This document shows, in pieces, positions 14,109 through 27,800 of a stretch of DNA of 64,000 bases. The notes below the pieces were generated by a model, which saw nothing but the letters and a program-made list of their open reading frames with translations, was not told the origin of the DNA and did no database searches. The number at the start of each line of letters is the position of its first letter. Within the stretch, counting starts at the first letter, position 1. This DNA is from Botryllus schlosseri (Eukaryota). The stretch spans positions 15,130,001-15,194,000 of the forward strand of contig CM119372.1 in the NCBI GenBank assembly GCA_051294905.1. Reading direction: 5' to 3'. A program made the translations under genes and the position numbers.

Positions 14109-15648
14109 GAAGTTAGACATCCACCCTGGCCTAGGCGAATAGAGGAGAGGCATGCTCACTGAATGAAAAGTAAAGCAGAGACCAGTTGCGGTCTTTTACT
14201 CTGGCATCCACCTCGGCATAGTGCCCGAAGTCACAGTTTTTCGATGTTAATCCTTATTCGGTCTTTCCAAAAACTACTCGAGTACTTTGAAAAAGTACAA
14301 GTAGTGCGTTACTGACCACATCTGTGTACAATACAACCTGAAGGTAAAACTCCTGTTTCTCTGATACATCAAATATTAAATTGGTTTACAAATTTGGAAT
14401 GTATTTTTCTGCGTGGTGTCGACAATATAAAGTTCATGGTTAATTTTGACTTGGCGTAGGTAAGATGATGATTGTTAAGCCTATATGTGAAAGCTGCCGG
14501 AAGGCAGGAAACGCCGACACCGACACTCAAAACTCACTAAGGAACAGCTAAGAATATTTTTTAAGCAATATTCTTTAATTTCGACAGTATAATTCAGCGA
14601 TATCTTGCAGTATAATAGCGGGTAGCAAACAACAGTCACATTTCTTTCAAAGAACCTGACCAATTAATATCAAGTTAGTGGTTTACCTTTAACACGACTT
14701 CGCCTTATACAGAAACTTTGATAGAGTCGCATAACGAGTTGATGAAAAAGGCAGTATTAAATAAAGTTACAAATGTTTACTTTTGAGTTGCACATATTTG
14801 CTGTAATTACATTTGGATTAATTTTGAAGCATTTAAGATTCCCCGGTCCGCAACATTTGTTTTGGGGTTTTGCCGTTCCGCTAGGTAAAAAGGGTTGAGA
14901 ACCACAGATGATGAATTGCGTTTTCCAAGGTGAGGATTGGCTCCCCTTTTGCCCGTTATTTATGAATAATATATATACACCTTGCGGGATTCTGGTTGTA
15001 AAAATGTTCAAAATTAGCCATTCATGAGCATCAGTAGAAAAATACCAATAATACTGAGAATTGTCACCTATTCCTACTTATCCTGACGACAGGTGAGGCA
15101 CCGCTTCACATGCCTCCCAACCGCACGTTCACGAGTTAAACAATGATGACGTACAATGTATGACGTAATGACTACACTCATTCCCTGGCTTCTTCATGAC
15201 TGAGCAATGAACAGTGAACACGTTTTGTACACATTCTATTTATTTGGTAAAATCGCAATACAAAAAAGAAGATGAATAGGAAGCGTTGTCCGGTGCCCTT
15301 TCAAGATGAATTTCGATTCTAAGAAGAACAGAACCATATTAAAGCAGAAGCACTGATAATGTTTTACGATATGAAGGCAGAATTATATATGCCGGGAATT
15401 ATATATTTGAGTGTTTGTTGGATTTATATTTTTATCATTTCACAAGACCCTCGCATGATTATGATATCGGGATATCGAGGACAGGAGTCAAAACACTTTG
15501 TGGTGACTTCAACTATTTGCCAAGATGCATATTTCAATTTCGAAAGTAGACGGCTCCGATTTACACCTAAATGTATCCAGCTGCTTTGATCACTTCTGAC
15601 TGAGTAGATTGTTATGTCAGTATTGAAAATTCAGCGTAAAACTTACAG

Positions 15649-18600
15649 TCATGTTACTGTCGCTTCGTGCAACCCTTTCATAACTTTGGCAGCGGTAACG
15701 ACAGCATATTCGTCAATAGATAACTTGGTTTTCTTTATCGCAGATTTGATGTCTATATCAGGGACAACTTTGCCTGAGAACATACATGGAGCATTTTACA
15801 AAGGGCACAATTATAACAATAGCAAAATATGCTATTCCGCTGGCAGATGATTTAATTCCATTGTTTTTCGATTACGACATAGCAAAACGACATAACGCTA
15901 CGAAGGACAGTCAAAATCCTTTGAGGAATTTACATAATTCGTAACAGTATTCATGTATCTGTTGGTCATACGCGTAGTTAATTCGACATTCAAAATATAC
16001 TCACTACTCAGGCAGCGTTCCACAATAATGCTAATAGAATTAAGGGCAATTTTGATGCCACTGCACCGATGTCATCTTACATGTACTGCCAGGTATACTG
16101 GGATAAAACCACGCGTTATAGTCCCATAACATGCTCCATCCTTTGAGAGCGCCCATCTTGCATTTGTCGCAAGTTTTCAGGAAGTCATAAAGCTTCATTC
16201 TTTCCGAGCACTTCAGAACATTGCTAGGTATGTCAATGTTCAGACCTGTGGTAAGGGAAGTTGAAATAGTTAAATTTGCGTCAACCAATTTCAGAGATGG
16301 AGATTGTTACAGATTCTGCTTTTCAAAATGAATAGCTCACGAAAACAACAATATACGTACGTGTGTGATAATAGTCCCTTGAGCTGTGCTTCTGAAAGGC
16401 AAAATTATAACAATATTATATCCATACATTACAATAATGGAATTCATATTAGTTAAAAGGATTTCTTCCCACAGATTTATAAGGATTTAAATATAATCTG
16501 GTCCAAAATCGTTCAAGATCATTACCGACACTTGATAAGCTATGACTTGTGGCAGACGTTTCAAAATCGAGTGCAAATTGTTTCTGCAAGTCGAGAATCG
16601 AAAAATACATAGCAGAATGTGATCTTACCGATGCGTAAGACTTCTTATATTTTCGTCCTTGACCTGCAACAAAGAGATGCACAGTTACAGTAAGTATAGA
16701 GTAGAAGAATCACCAGACTATACACTATTTCAGATCACGAAAACCATGCAAATCAACCCGGCGAGCAATATAGAACACGGAAATTCTCGAGGATAATGAG
16801 TTGTTTTCAAATAAATATGTGCAAGTACCAACACTTATTTTCTTAACAACGTCCTCATAAACTCGGCTTATACTTACTATAGCACATTTGCTTCGCGATG
16901 ACAAGTTTAATCCCAGTCTTGATGGTAGCAATCAATCGTTCTTCAAAGTCTCCATGCTCAAACACTTTCAACGGTTCCACTGCTGTGCAAGAGACTCCGG
17001 TATTCGAAGGCGGTACTGCAACATCGAATCACAGGTTTAGAACAAAATCGCAATATATACACTGAGGTCAAAATTGCCATACCACAGAAAGTGTTCAGGG
17101 GGCTGTAAAGGTAATGCTCTTTAAATGAGTTTCCAAGAGCCAATTCAAGGACCAAGATCTAGTTCAGTGGTTCACAAAGCGGGTAATTTAACTCCTGGGA
17201 TTTATCAAAGGGTTGAAAAAAGGGACAAAAATGTCAAGTGCTTTCATTTTGAGATGATTGTGAAAATGGATTCCTGGTCGATGGACAACTAGACATCGAC
17301 GCTATAGCGATAGGCTTTAATTCATTTTCATCACGTCAAATTTGGTATTTATAGCGATAAATTTGAACTACCCTATGTAGCCTACCTGGACCGATCTGCC
17401 GATCATGCTCTCATAAAGATGATTGGCTGGCCTACTTTTCTCTACGCAAAATTAAACGTGCAAATAGTTGTATTTCTGCATCAAAATATTGATGTAGAAT
17501 TGAGCATGCAAACAAAACTACTTGACAATGAGTTGCAAGTAGATAAAAAACTACTTTTGAGCAGTACTCCGGAAAAAGTAGATCTACTTTGATACCGATG
17601 AGCGCTGGCATTTAAGAGTTTGATGAAGACATGTTGAGCTCACTATCAATGCTGTAGGAAGTTTCAAGTACGTTGACCAGTTGGTTAATCAATATATTAG
17701 AAAGAAATACAAAGTGTGGTTGCGGTACATCTCAACGGCCCGCAAGCAATTTTTGTGCAGTTTGAGTTTATTCTTGGAGGAGCAGTAATACCGCCTATCT
17801 AGTCTTTGGCGTTACAGCGCAAACCACAACTTACGGAGATCCTTGCTCCATTCCCAAGCCCGACGGGTGGAGTTTGGGTCTTGCGGCCTGAAACACTCTT
17901 TCATGTTCTGACCCTCGCGTTTCTTCTTCGATCTAGAGTCTGCACACGAACAAAAATCGTAAGTCGGCAAAATTATTTAAAATCAACGCAGCGTCGAGTG
18001 CTCTTTCTCATCCACAACACGACCATAAACAAATAGTGTTCCACGTGAACATCTATAATCTGTTTACGGTTAGGGAGAGACTGGGACAACTAGATAATTC
18101 TAGTAGTTTAATTAGATTAATCGGAGTGAAACGCTGGTAATGTAATTTTATTCTAATTTATACTCTAATTTTAATTCCAATCTAATTTCTGGTTTTCCTG
18201 AAATTGCTAGATGAGAACTGTGTCGTGCGAAATGAGGTAGACATGCTGTACAGACATTTGCTATTTTAGTACTTGACATGAGCTGAACTTAATTCGATTT
18301 CCAAGTTTTCGCTAATTCAGTAATTCTAATTCTAATCTAATTTGGAAAAAAAACTATGTAGCTATAATTCTAATTCTAATCTAGTTTCGAAAAGCTGAAA
18401 ATTTTGTAGTTCTCCGACTCTGGTCAGGGTAGCGTAGGAGCATTCATTATGCCTACTCCAACTTTAATCCTACGATATCCAATCCACAAGCCCATAAGTA
18501 TATATACATGCACGACTGCACATGCATACATTGAGTTTCATAGAGAACGCAGTTGACGGTCATACGAAGCACCATAAATTTTAAGATGCTCACGGTGAGA

Positions 18601-19772
18601 CATGATTGGCTATCGGTTTTCGTGGATTAAAAAATACGCTAGACCCATAACACGTCCCAAAATCTCACCATCCGTAAGGCCAAGCCACTCCACCGGCACT
18701 TTGCTTCGTCTTTTCTGTTGCCGCATCAGCTTCTTTTCCATCCTGCGCAAAGATTGCTGAATCTCGACGTGCTTGGATTCCGTTTCCTCGTCCACTTTCG
18801 ATTCATTTTTCTCTCGCTTCTCTCTCTCTTTCCGATGCCGTGTCGCGGCCTTTTCGATTCTCTCCTTCCTTTCGCGTCGTTCTTTCTCGGCCTCTCTCTT
18901 TTCTTCGAGCTCCTTCTTCATCTCTTTTTCTCGCTTCCTTCTTTCTTTCCTCTCTTTTCTCTCCCGTTTCTTTTGCTCTTTCGCCTTCTCCTTTTCTATC
19001 TCTTGTTCCACTCTCCTTTTCTTTTTATCTTCCCTGTCCTGGGCGCGGAGAAATTCTTCCACTTTCCGCCGCCCAGCCTTCTTTTCCTCACGGTTCATTT
19101 TCTTTAGACGTCTTTGCTTTTTCTTCTCCAATTTTTCCTGATATTTCAAAAACTCCCTTTCCTCTTTCGTCTCAAGCGATTCGGCTATTTTGGTGTGTTT
19201 GATTTTCTTGAGAGCTTTCTTCAGCGCCTTTTTCAAGTCCTTTCCGGACATGGACTCGTATTTTCTCTCATTTTCCTTCACATATTTATGGCTCGCCGTA
19301 TTTTCTAATGCGTCGCCTTTCAACCACTGAGCTATATAAACGACAAATCACTTTGAGACTTCTGCAAAATCGAAAACACAGTTAATCGAAGACTAAAGCA
19401 AATGATCTCAGCAATGAAGTACTTCAACTTTTTCGGAGTACCTAAGTAGGTTTCATTAGTATCACCAAATCCTCGGATCATATATTGATGTTGATATTAT
19501 TCTGCCGTTCTCTCAAATACCCTCACTACTATTTCATGATACTCACATAAACCGTCTTGCAATTGGTTTCCATTCTTTCAAATACTGGACCATACCTTCC
19601 TCTCTAAATTGAAAAAGAATATTGTTTGACAGAGCGAGCAACAAATGACAGCAACATCTCGCATACCATCTTAGATTTAGCATCGATAATATCCTGTATT
19701 GTTATTGGTTTAGCCGGTTCAGGCTCACTCCAAGATAATTGGTCGTCGGTGTCGGCGTCTGTAGTAGTATCC
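15649..19772 (-). pseudogene. Inverted partial duplicate of the 3' exons of the 198-11457 gene, probably disabled
   Basis: ORFs 18610-19323, 16040-16288 and 15614-15850 mirror 8762-9466, 10825-11082 and 11217-11483, with splice sites retained. A 17-bp insertion (19324-19340) frameshifts and stops the KE-rich exon. Homology ends near 19816, with no upstream exons found. Confidence 0.75.
18076..18422. mobile_element. Degenerate hAT-like MITE with (AATTCT) repeats, present only in the inverted copy's intron
   Basis: gagactgggacaacta … tagttctccgactctg imperfect TIRs; flanks gttaggga/gtcagggt resemble a degenerate 8-bp TSD. Confidence 0.45.
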
Positions 19773-19889
19773 TGTAAGAGAATAAACAGATAAAGTCATG
19801 AACATCCATACTGTTAACCTTACTCCCGCGGTCGGCCTCCAGGCCAAATTTTAATGCATCAACCAAAAAGTTCATAAAACGCGAACAAC

Positions 19890-19956
19890 AGGACTAGAAC
19901 CGACGCCCAATACATCGCCGTGATCAGGAAATAGCAGCCTAACCAACTGAGCTACT
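19890..19956 (-). mobile_element. tRNA-derived (SINE-like) Pol III promoter segment near the breakpoint of the inverted duplication
   Basis: Minus strand reads gtagctcagttggttagg… (A box) …ggttctagtcctg (B box); no convincing cloverleaf. Confidence 0.4.
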
Positions 19957-20209
19957 CGAAAGGCTCAAGAGAGAGAGGTGACGATGATATTGAAACAAGT
20001 CTACACGATTTCTCAAAAGTGAAAGAGAAATTTGTTTTTCGTTTTCACGTGACGTGATACATAATCCTTTCCATGGTGAATGACCACGTGGTTGTCTTAC
20101 ATATCAATTTCAGCATTCAAACAAGACATTGCTGACCTTGATACCTTTACGCAGTCGAGCGCACCGCGACTGGGAAGTTTTCGTTATACGCATTACTCAC
20201 GGCCGCCAC

Positions 20210-20290
20210 TGATTACGTCATCGCGATAGAGGCAACGCGCCTTGTAATTTGTGTTTATTTGGCTTTGCCTGGTCCAGTTATATAAGTCCA
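20210..20290 (+). promoter_or_regulatory. Putative Pol II promoter of the repeat-protein gene
   Basis: TATATAAG at 20279-20286, ~60 bp before ATG 20342. Forkhead-like TGTTTATTT ~20252 and ATF/CEBP-like TTACGTCA ~20213. Confidence 0.5.
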
Positions 20291-20341
20291 AATCCATGTT
20301 ACTGATCTTATAGATACTATTCAACGTACATAACTAACAAA

Positions 20342-22770
20342 ATGTTCAATTTGCAACTGCACAAGGCCATCGTAAGTAAATATATTGCCTCGTTTGACAC
20401 TTCTCATAGGCGCGCGATTTCTCTTGTTGCTTCATTTCATATCAATTTGAAACGTGTTCTACGCATCGAATGTCCGATACAGGTTCGTCAGTATATGGGC
20501 ATATGATCAACATCTATTCATTGAAGTCTAAAGTAACTTCATATCCAGCACCATAACTGCCGCACCCCAAACCCCCCAATTGGGGGGGGCCCGAGCTCGA
20601 AGGGGGCCCCAAATTATTTCGTGAATTAGCATAAATTATAGAGTATTTTTTGAAAATTTATGCGATTTTTTCCAAAATTTTTCGCGCTGCGCGCGATTTA
20701 AAGTTGCCAAATATCTTGATTATTTGGTACTCTTCCCCCAAGAAAAAACACGCAAGATTTATAGAAATGGACATATCGGCGTTGGCCATTAATACACCAC
20801 TACGCACCAAGATATATAACGATTTAGGACTTATTACATGCGACTCCAAGAAGTGTGCCAGAACGATCGGCAGCGCGAAAATCTTAGCCGAAACAGACTG
20901 CCCTTACGCAGACCGAAAACTTCGTTATAGGTACAAAATAATAGGTTTAATTGTCCATAGGCGCCTAGATGACTGGCGCCATATGTTGCTTCCTGTCTTG
21001 GCAATCTGAACCTCAGAAGACAAATACCATCCAGCAGGAAAAAAATATATACCTGTGAAGAAATACCAATTTGAAATCGTGTGCGTCTTTTAGTTTAGTA
21101 CGTTTGAGCGATTCTATATTTTTGATATAGCAGACAGGAGGTCACGAAATAAAATCATGTAACGAAGTCATACCAACGGGTCCGGCCGCCCGAAGATGTT
21201 TAATTGTTATTTACGGGCCCTACAGTTTCCGGTAAATCTGATAACGTGAGCAGAGAGGACAAGATATTGATAGCAATATATTAGCAATTCCCGATCTTAT
21301 TGACCGATTGTATCATGAATTATCGAAAATTTTCGCGCTTCGAGCTGGCTCACTAAACAGTGCAGCTAAGTTCGTGGCAAAAGCGAACACTGTGATGAGG
21401 GGGTCTGTTTATCACCCTATGAGACCCCCAAACCCAAGTTTTTGTGGGGGGGGGGGCGAGGCTGACGAAGTGCTGTTTCGTTCCTGCCAACGGGTATACG
21501 CCCGAAGATGTCTAATTATTATTGGGCGGTCCTACGTTTTAAAACATACCTCGCTCAGCTCTACCGGTAAATCTGATTACGTGAGCAGGGAGAGGATCAA
21601 AATTGATAGCAATATATATGTAATTCCCGATCATATTGCCTGATTCAATCATGATTTTCTGAAATTTTTCGCGCTTCGCGCGTCTAAGCGGGAAAAGCTG
21701 ATTCACTAAACGTACACCCAATGCAGATGTAAAATAGTGTTAAAAAGCGGACAGCCAAAGGAGGGTCTGGGGGGCGAAGCCCCCCAGAAGTTAGGTTTAT
21801 CACCCTATGGGGGGCCCACGGCCAACGTTTTGGGGGGGCCTGACGAAGTGCTGTTACGGGCCTGCATATAACATATAAAACGGATGATTCAACTGTCTGT
21901 ATGATGTTGTTATTACAGGCGCGAGCTCACGCCAATGCCAACAACAACTTCCAATTCGCCATTGGCCAAATAGGACTCGGTCTCAATGTGGGCGGTGATC
22001 ATTCTGGCGGTCACGGTGTCGATGTCGATGTAGCAGACAACACTCTCACCATCGCTGACGCACACGTCGATAGCGATCTGGTAGTCGATGTGACCACCGA
22101 CGGAGGCAAAGGACAATGTGGTGACCTCTTCGCTGGTATGAGCATGAGCGGAATCAACCTCAATCTCGGAAACAACGCCGGTGCTAAAGCAATCGCAGCC
22201 GGCGGACCTCACTACGGAAGCGGCGATGCTATTGCTCACGCCAATGCCAACAACAACTTCCAATTCGGCATGGGCCCAATGAACCTCGGTCTTAATGTGG
22301 GCGGTGATCATTCTGGCAGTCACGGTGTCGATGTAGCAGACAACACTCTCGCCATCGCTGACGCACACGTCAATATAGAGCTGGCAATCGATGTGACCAC
22401 CGACGGAGGCAAAGGCCAATATGGTGACGTCTTCGCTGGTATGAACATGAGCGGAATCAACCTAAATCTCGGAAACAACGACGGTGCTAAAGCAATCGCA
22501 GCCGGCGGACCTCACTACGGATGCGGTGATGCTATTATTCACGCCAACGCCAACAACAACTTCCGATTCGCCATGGGACCAATGGGACTCGGTCTGAATG
22601 TGGACGGTGATCATTCTGGCGGTCACGGCGTCAATGTCGATGTAGCAGACAACACTCTTGCCATCGCAAATGCAATGGCTGACGCCAATGCTAACAACCA
22701 AATCCAATTCGCCATCGGCCCAATAGGACTCGGTCTCAATCTGGTGATCACGGCCTCGATGTCGTTGTAG
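20342..22770 (+). CDS. Two-exon Gly/Asn/Ala/Asp-rich repeat protein (~293 aa); exon 1 20342-20371, exon 2 21919-22770
   Basis: aaaATG TTC…GCC ATC|gtaagt (phase 0) joins ttacag|GCG CGA GCT CAC (phase 0), giving MFNLQLHKAI-ARAHANANNNFQF. Repeats of 309 and 303 bp (103/101 aa) plus a 47-aa unit; C-ending codon bias; GC above flanks. Confidence 0.75.
20546..21864. mobile_element. hAT (Tip100-like) MITE in intron 1 of the repeat gene
   Basis: Same family as 61178-62534 and ~50075-51000 (gccgcacccc…, aagtgtgccagaacgatc, gctgacgaagtgctg); right end gttacgggcctg. Confidence 0.75.
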
Positions 22771-22778
22771 AAGACAAT

Positions 22779-23772
22779 AGGCCTAAACAAGGAGGAATGG
22801 GCGACTTAATATGATACTGCAAACTACCTACTAAAAGACGGACCTACGGGGCTCGTTCACTTTCGGACCAAACTGACTACAGCCTTTCGGAGAAAATGTG
22901 TTTTTGGTCCGAAAGTGTACGAGCCCCGTCCTGGTCCTGGTCCGGTTTCGTCAAATTCAGATTTGATTATTAGGCTTCTAGTAGTTAGGATATGCGACGA
23001 TCTTGCTCGTCGAACTATTCGATATACACCGACATACGTCTGTTTCATACCTGAAAGGAATTGAACTACTGTGGTGCAATTACTTGAAAGTTGGGATGTA
23101 GATGAAGCTATACGAGCAAGTCTAGTATAGCTAGCATCGGATTATCTATCGAACATTCGTATTATTTGAATATGTGAGAGGCGGTAATAAACTTCAATAT
23201 TGCTTTCAGGTCTACATTGATCGCAGTGGAATTTATAACTCCAACACTTTTCGTGTGCACCTTATCAATAGTTAACAGCGCAGGAATGATTGCTAAATGT
23301 AGATCTGCTTCCCATCTGTCTCTGTCTCTAAAATTGACCAATCATTATTTACGCCGGGAGGAGCAGTTTCTATACAATCTTAAATTTGTCAATTAATATA
23401 TAGGCTACCGCTAATTGTCTGTGTAATATACAATTTGATTTTCTGTCGTCTCTTTATTATGATTGCCGGTACAGCTGATTTGCCTAGCGTTCCGTTTTAT
23501 TATTGCATTTTTACGCCACACTTTGCCAATTCAGCTTTCGTTTGGATCTCTTTCCATAATCTGATCATGCTTCATATTGTGCCGAATGGGCACACGAAAA
23601 GTCTTCGAGTTACTAAATTCTATTGCAACGAATCCATTCTGAAAGCAATATTAGTATTTTTGTCGACTATCTGTGCTTCTACTGCAAATCGTGTTAATAA
23701 TGACGGATTTTGCCCAACGTTAGGACATTTTCTAAAGCGACCTTATGATTCAAATTTCATAACGATCGATTG
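22779..23772. mobile_element. Unclassified ~1-kb insertion in the repeat array, containing an 84-bp mini-MITE
   Basis: Interrupts the unit between gacaa and actcttgcc. Inside, 22846-22929 has TIRs acggggctcgttcactttcggaccaaa / tttggtccgaaagtgtacgagccccgt flanked by cct/cct. Confidence 0.55.
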
Positions 23773-24886
23773 ACTCTTGCCATCGCAAATGCAATGGCTG
23801 ACGCCAATGCTAACAGCCAAATCCAAATCGCCATCGGCCCAATAGGACTCGGTCTCGATCTGGTGGTCACGGCCTCGATGTCGATGTCTCAGACAACACT
23901 CTTGCCATCGCAAATGCAATGGCTGACGCCAATGCTAACAACCAAATCCAATTCGCCATCGGCCCAATAGGACTCGGTCTCGATCTGGTGGTCACGGCCT
24001 CGATGTCGATGTCGCAGACAACACTCTTGCCATCGCAAAGGCAATTGCCGACGCCAATGCTAACAACCAAATCAAATTCACCATCGGCCCAATGGGACTC
24101 GGTCTCAATCTGGTGGTAACAATCTCGATGTCGATGTTGATGTGGATGTAGCAGACAACACTTTTGCCATCGAAAAGGCAATTGCCGACGCCAATGCTAA
24201 CAACCAAATCAAATTCACCATCGGCCCAATAGGACTCGGTCTCAATTTGGTAGTCACGGCATCGATGTCGATGTCGCAGACAACACTCTTGCCATCGCAA
24301 ATGCAATTGCCGACGCCAATGCTAACAACCAAATCAAATTGACCATCGGCACAATAGGACTCGGTCTCAATCTGGTGGTAACAATCTCGATGTCGATGTT
24401 GATGTGGATGTAGCAGACAACACTTTTGCCATCGAAAAGGCAATTGCCAACGCCAATGCTAACAACCAAATCAAATTCACCATCGGCCCAATAGGACTCG
24501 GTCTCAATCTGGTGGTCACGGCATCGATGTCGATGTCGCAGACAACACTCTTGCCATCGCAAATGCAATTGCCGACGCCAATGCTAACAACCAAATCAAA
24601 TTCACCATCGGCCCAATAGGACTCGGTCTCAATCTGGTGGTCACGGCATCGATGTCGATGTCGCAGACAAACACTCTTGCCATCGCAAATGCAATTGCCG
24701 ACGCCAATGCTAACAACCAAATCAAATTGACCATCGGCACAATAGGACTCAGTCTCAATCTGGTGGTCACGGCATCGATGTCGATGTAGCAGACAACACT
24801 CTTGCCATCGCAAAGGCAATTGCCGACGCCAATGCTAACAACCAAATCCAATTCGCCATCGGCCCAATAGGACTCGGTCTCAATCT
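23773..24886 (+). repeat. Tandem array block 1: about 9 units of 125/137 bp derived from the coding repeat
   Basis: Unit starts at 23773, 23898, 24023, 24160, 24285, 24422, 24547, 24673 and 24798; includes a duplicated 262-bp (137+125) dimer. Confidence 0.95.
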
Positions 24887-27800
24887 CCCAGCAAACACAA
24901 AACTTATTAAAGATATTTTTTAAACATCTTCCATGAGTTCAAAAGATGTCCTTCAACTATGTGCAAAATATATACATTTGTCGACAGAAATGGATATATA
25001 TAAGATGTCCTGTAGGACATCCTCAAAGATATCCTGATGGACATCCTCAAAGATATTCTGATAAACATCCTCAAAGATATCCTGATGAACATCCTCAAAG
25101 ATATCCTGATAAACATCCTCAACGATATCCTATAATATATTTTTTGCACAACTCGACCCTGTGTGACCCTGAACCCTGGTTGGCTAAACCTGCTATATGC
25201 TGCACTTCACATATGAACGAATACGAATCGTCAGTTTTACAAATCATGTATGGCTTTTTATTCTATATTATACCAGTTCAAAATACAAAAAATGCACTGG
25301 ACAAGACCTTGACGGAAAATTGCAATAAAAATGGATGAAGAATGAAGGTAAAATAACAATCCGTGACACAACAATACGTTAGCAAGAATTGGGCCTTGAT
25401 ACAGAACTGTGCAATCACTTCAGCAAATATTTCTGCATTGGCATTAGTCCATGTTATCGGTATCTGAATCATCAGCCTCCTCGATAACAGTCTTGCTCCT
25501 GTTGTCTCCTTTATCGTCATCCTATAACATATATGAATTGATTACTCTGAGCCAGCTTCAAACATTTCTTTGGTGAACGGGATACTATAGCTAGCTGTAC
25601 ACAATGTACATATAGTATGTTGTGTACCTATTAAAGTTGCGATGTCAAAACATTAAAACCAACGATACAATCAATTCATGTTGCTCTTAAATTATGTACA
25701 ATGACTTCAAGATCGGACATTTTTCGCCAACTCCAAAGATTAATGTACTGAGCTAAATCCTAAATCCATTACGACTCGTTGCGCTGATGCCGTGTACTTC
25801 CACATGAAGAATGCACTTTAGTCCGAGTTTAATGCACACCCTTTCAAGGGCATGTGACTTATGACACTGCCGGAATAATCGGTAACTTCAGCGTCAACTT
25901 GCTGTTATTATATAATCGAAATTATTTTTGTTGCCGTTGGTTGTCATTGCCGGGGGACAAAAGTCACCGTTTCCACTCCCATTTTTGCATTGTTTATTGC
26001 GACACCATACGTGTCGCTACATCTCATCAAAGTCGGATGAAAGCTATATGTAGACTACCCCTGAGCTAAGTTATAAGTTACAAAATTTTCAATTTATTAA
26101 AAAAATTAAATTAATTTTTGAATTTTGCCGTCCATCCCTATGAAATTGTAAAAAAAACAATGCATACCAAATTTGGCGCAATCCCAACCAGTAGAGGAGA
26201 AATTTCAAAACCATAATTTTGTATCTCAACAATTTCACTTCTACACGTTGGAATTGAGCCAAATTTGCCATGCCTCCAGTTCGCCACCGAAATAGCCGGA
26301 CCAGAATAGTCAGACCCAATGTTCCCTCTACTTTTTGACGAGTCTGGACACACTCACCAACTCACTGCGCGGTCCCCTGGACAGCAGTGCGTAACGACTA
26401 AAAAATGACATCGCTTCCGATTTTTTTTGTGTGCAGCTTGAATTTTCTGTTCGCAGAGACCGTGTCAGCACTGCGCAATTGCGCATGTGTGCAGCTTAGA
26501 GGGAACATGGGTCAGGCCATTGCAATCTGAGCCCCCCAAGCGGTACAAATGCGACCAGTGGAGGATAAACTTGCTTCCCCTGTTGAAATGTGAATTGAAA
26601 GGAGTTTGAAATGAGTGATTGATTATTTGCCCAAAAGTTTCGGTGACATTGGTTCCACCGCTAAATCTGAGCAAGTGCAACGAGAGGATCAAAAATTTAT
26701 GCAAGACCGACAATATTGACAAAATTAAATATTTCCTATAAATTTTTTTTTAATTATATTACGTCAAAGTTGCATTACGCGATTACAAAATAACTGAAAA
26801 TATCATGAAGTTTGGGAACCACTGGTATAGTGTTCTGAAGATGAATGGTAGCAGAGCTTGAGGTAGCAACGATTCACTTACTGTCAAATAATATGATAAA
26901 GAGCACAGCTGTTACACAGACGTCAACTTCATAAACAAAATTACCTTGCAAGCTCCAATAACAGTTAGAAATCCACCCACTTTAACTGTAATTGTTTGAT
27001 TCTCGACCGTAGGATGAGCCACTTTACATGCTCCTTTAAAGATAATATAAGTAGATCAGGGGCGGCATTACAAAACAATGCAGCAAATCGCAATCTGCGC
27101 CAGCGGTAACAATCTCTCTCGAATGCGATTACCGCAGTGTCAAAATTGGTATTTCAAAACATTCCCGACCCAACACAGAGTTTCACAATCAATGCACTTG
27201 TTTGTGATTTCGCCATGTCGGATCTCAGTAAAAGATGACTTCAAACGAGGGCTTATAAGGCTGTGTGGTCAGCAACAATTTGCAATTATGCTTTCACAAA
27301 AACGGAAATCAAAATACCATACCTCGGTAAAAATGCTCTCCGTTATTGAGGAATTTGTAATTACGATTGTGATATTAGTAACAACTTACGTTTAATAGTC
27401 TTGTAAAGAGTCAAATTTGTTCAAAGCATATACCTGAAGTACAAAATACAATTGATGATAGTGGTTTGTGCCAGAATGAAAAATAACTTCCATCAGTTCA
27501 GTTTATTATTAAATTTTAGGTACTCAATTTAGCCCAGCACTAACAAAGTTAGATAGACATCAATTAACTTGAAGGAAAGGTATTTGGGGTACTGCATAGC
27601 TTGTCTTGATCGCTGCCTTCCGAACAGTTGCGGCTTGGTGAAATCGACATATACCGTAATTTTCCATGTATAATGCGCAAAATTTTACCGATTTTTTGCC
27701 CTAAAATAGTGGGGTGCGTATTATACATGGGTACAGCAAGCCTTGGGTTACTCGGATTAATATCAAGAAGTCTGGCCACAATAAATCACACGAAGCACTA

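Noticed and set aside
19890..19956. Functional tRNA gene
   Set aside because: A/B boxes only; no convincing stems or anticodon arm.
20650..21009. Recurrent ORF family (20650, 50250, 61254)
   Set aside because: Lies inside copies of one MITE family, frames are not preserved between copies, and no protein motif is recognisable.
21913..22707. Antisense ORFs over the repeat gene and array (also 46944-47666 +)
   Set aside because: Expected from the codon bias and periodicity of the sense repeat; no independent start or splice support.
23773..24886. CRISPR-like array
   Set aside because: Contiguous tandem units with no unique spacers, no cas genes and a eukaryotic context.
24907..25338. HPQRYPD / RISLRM repeat ORFs
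   Set aside because: Translation of the 24-bp subterminal repeats of the CACTA-like element.
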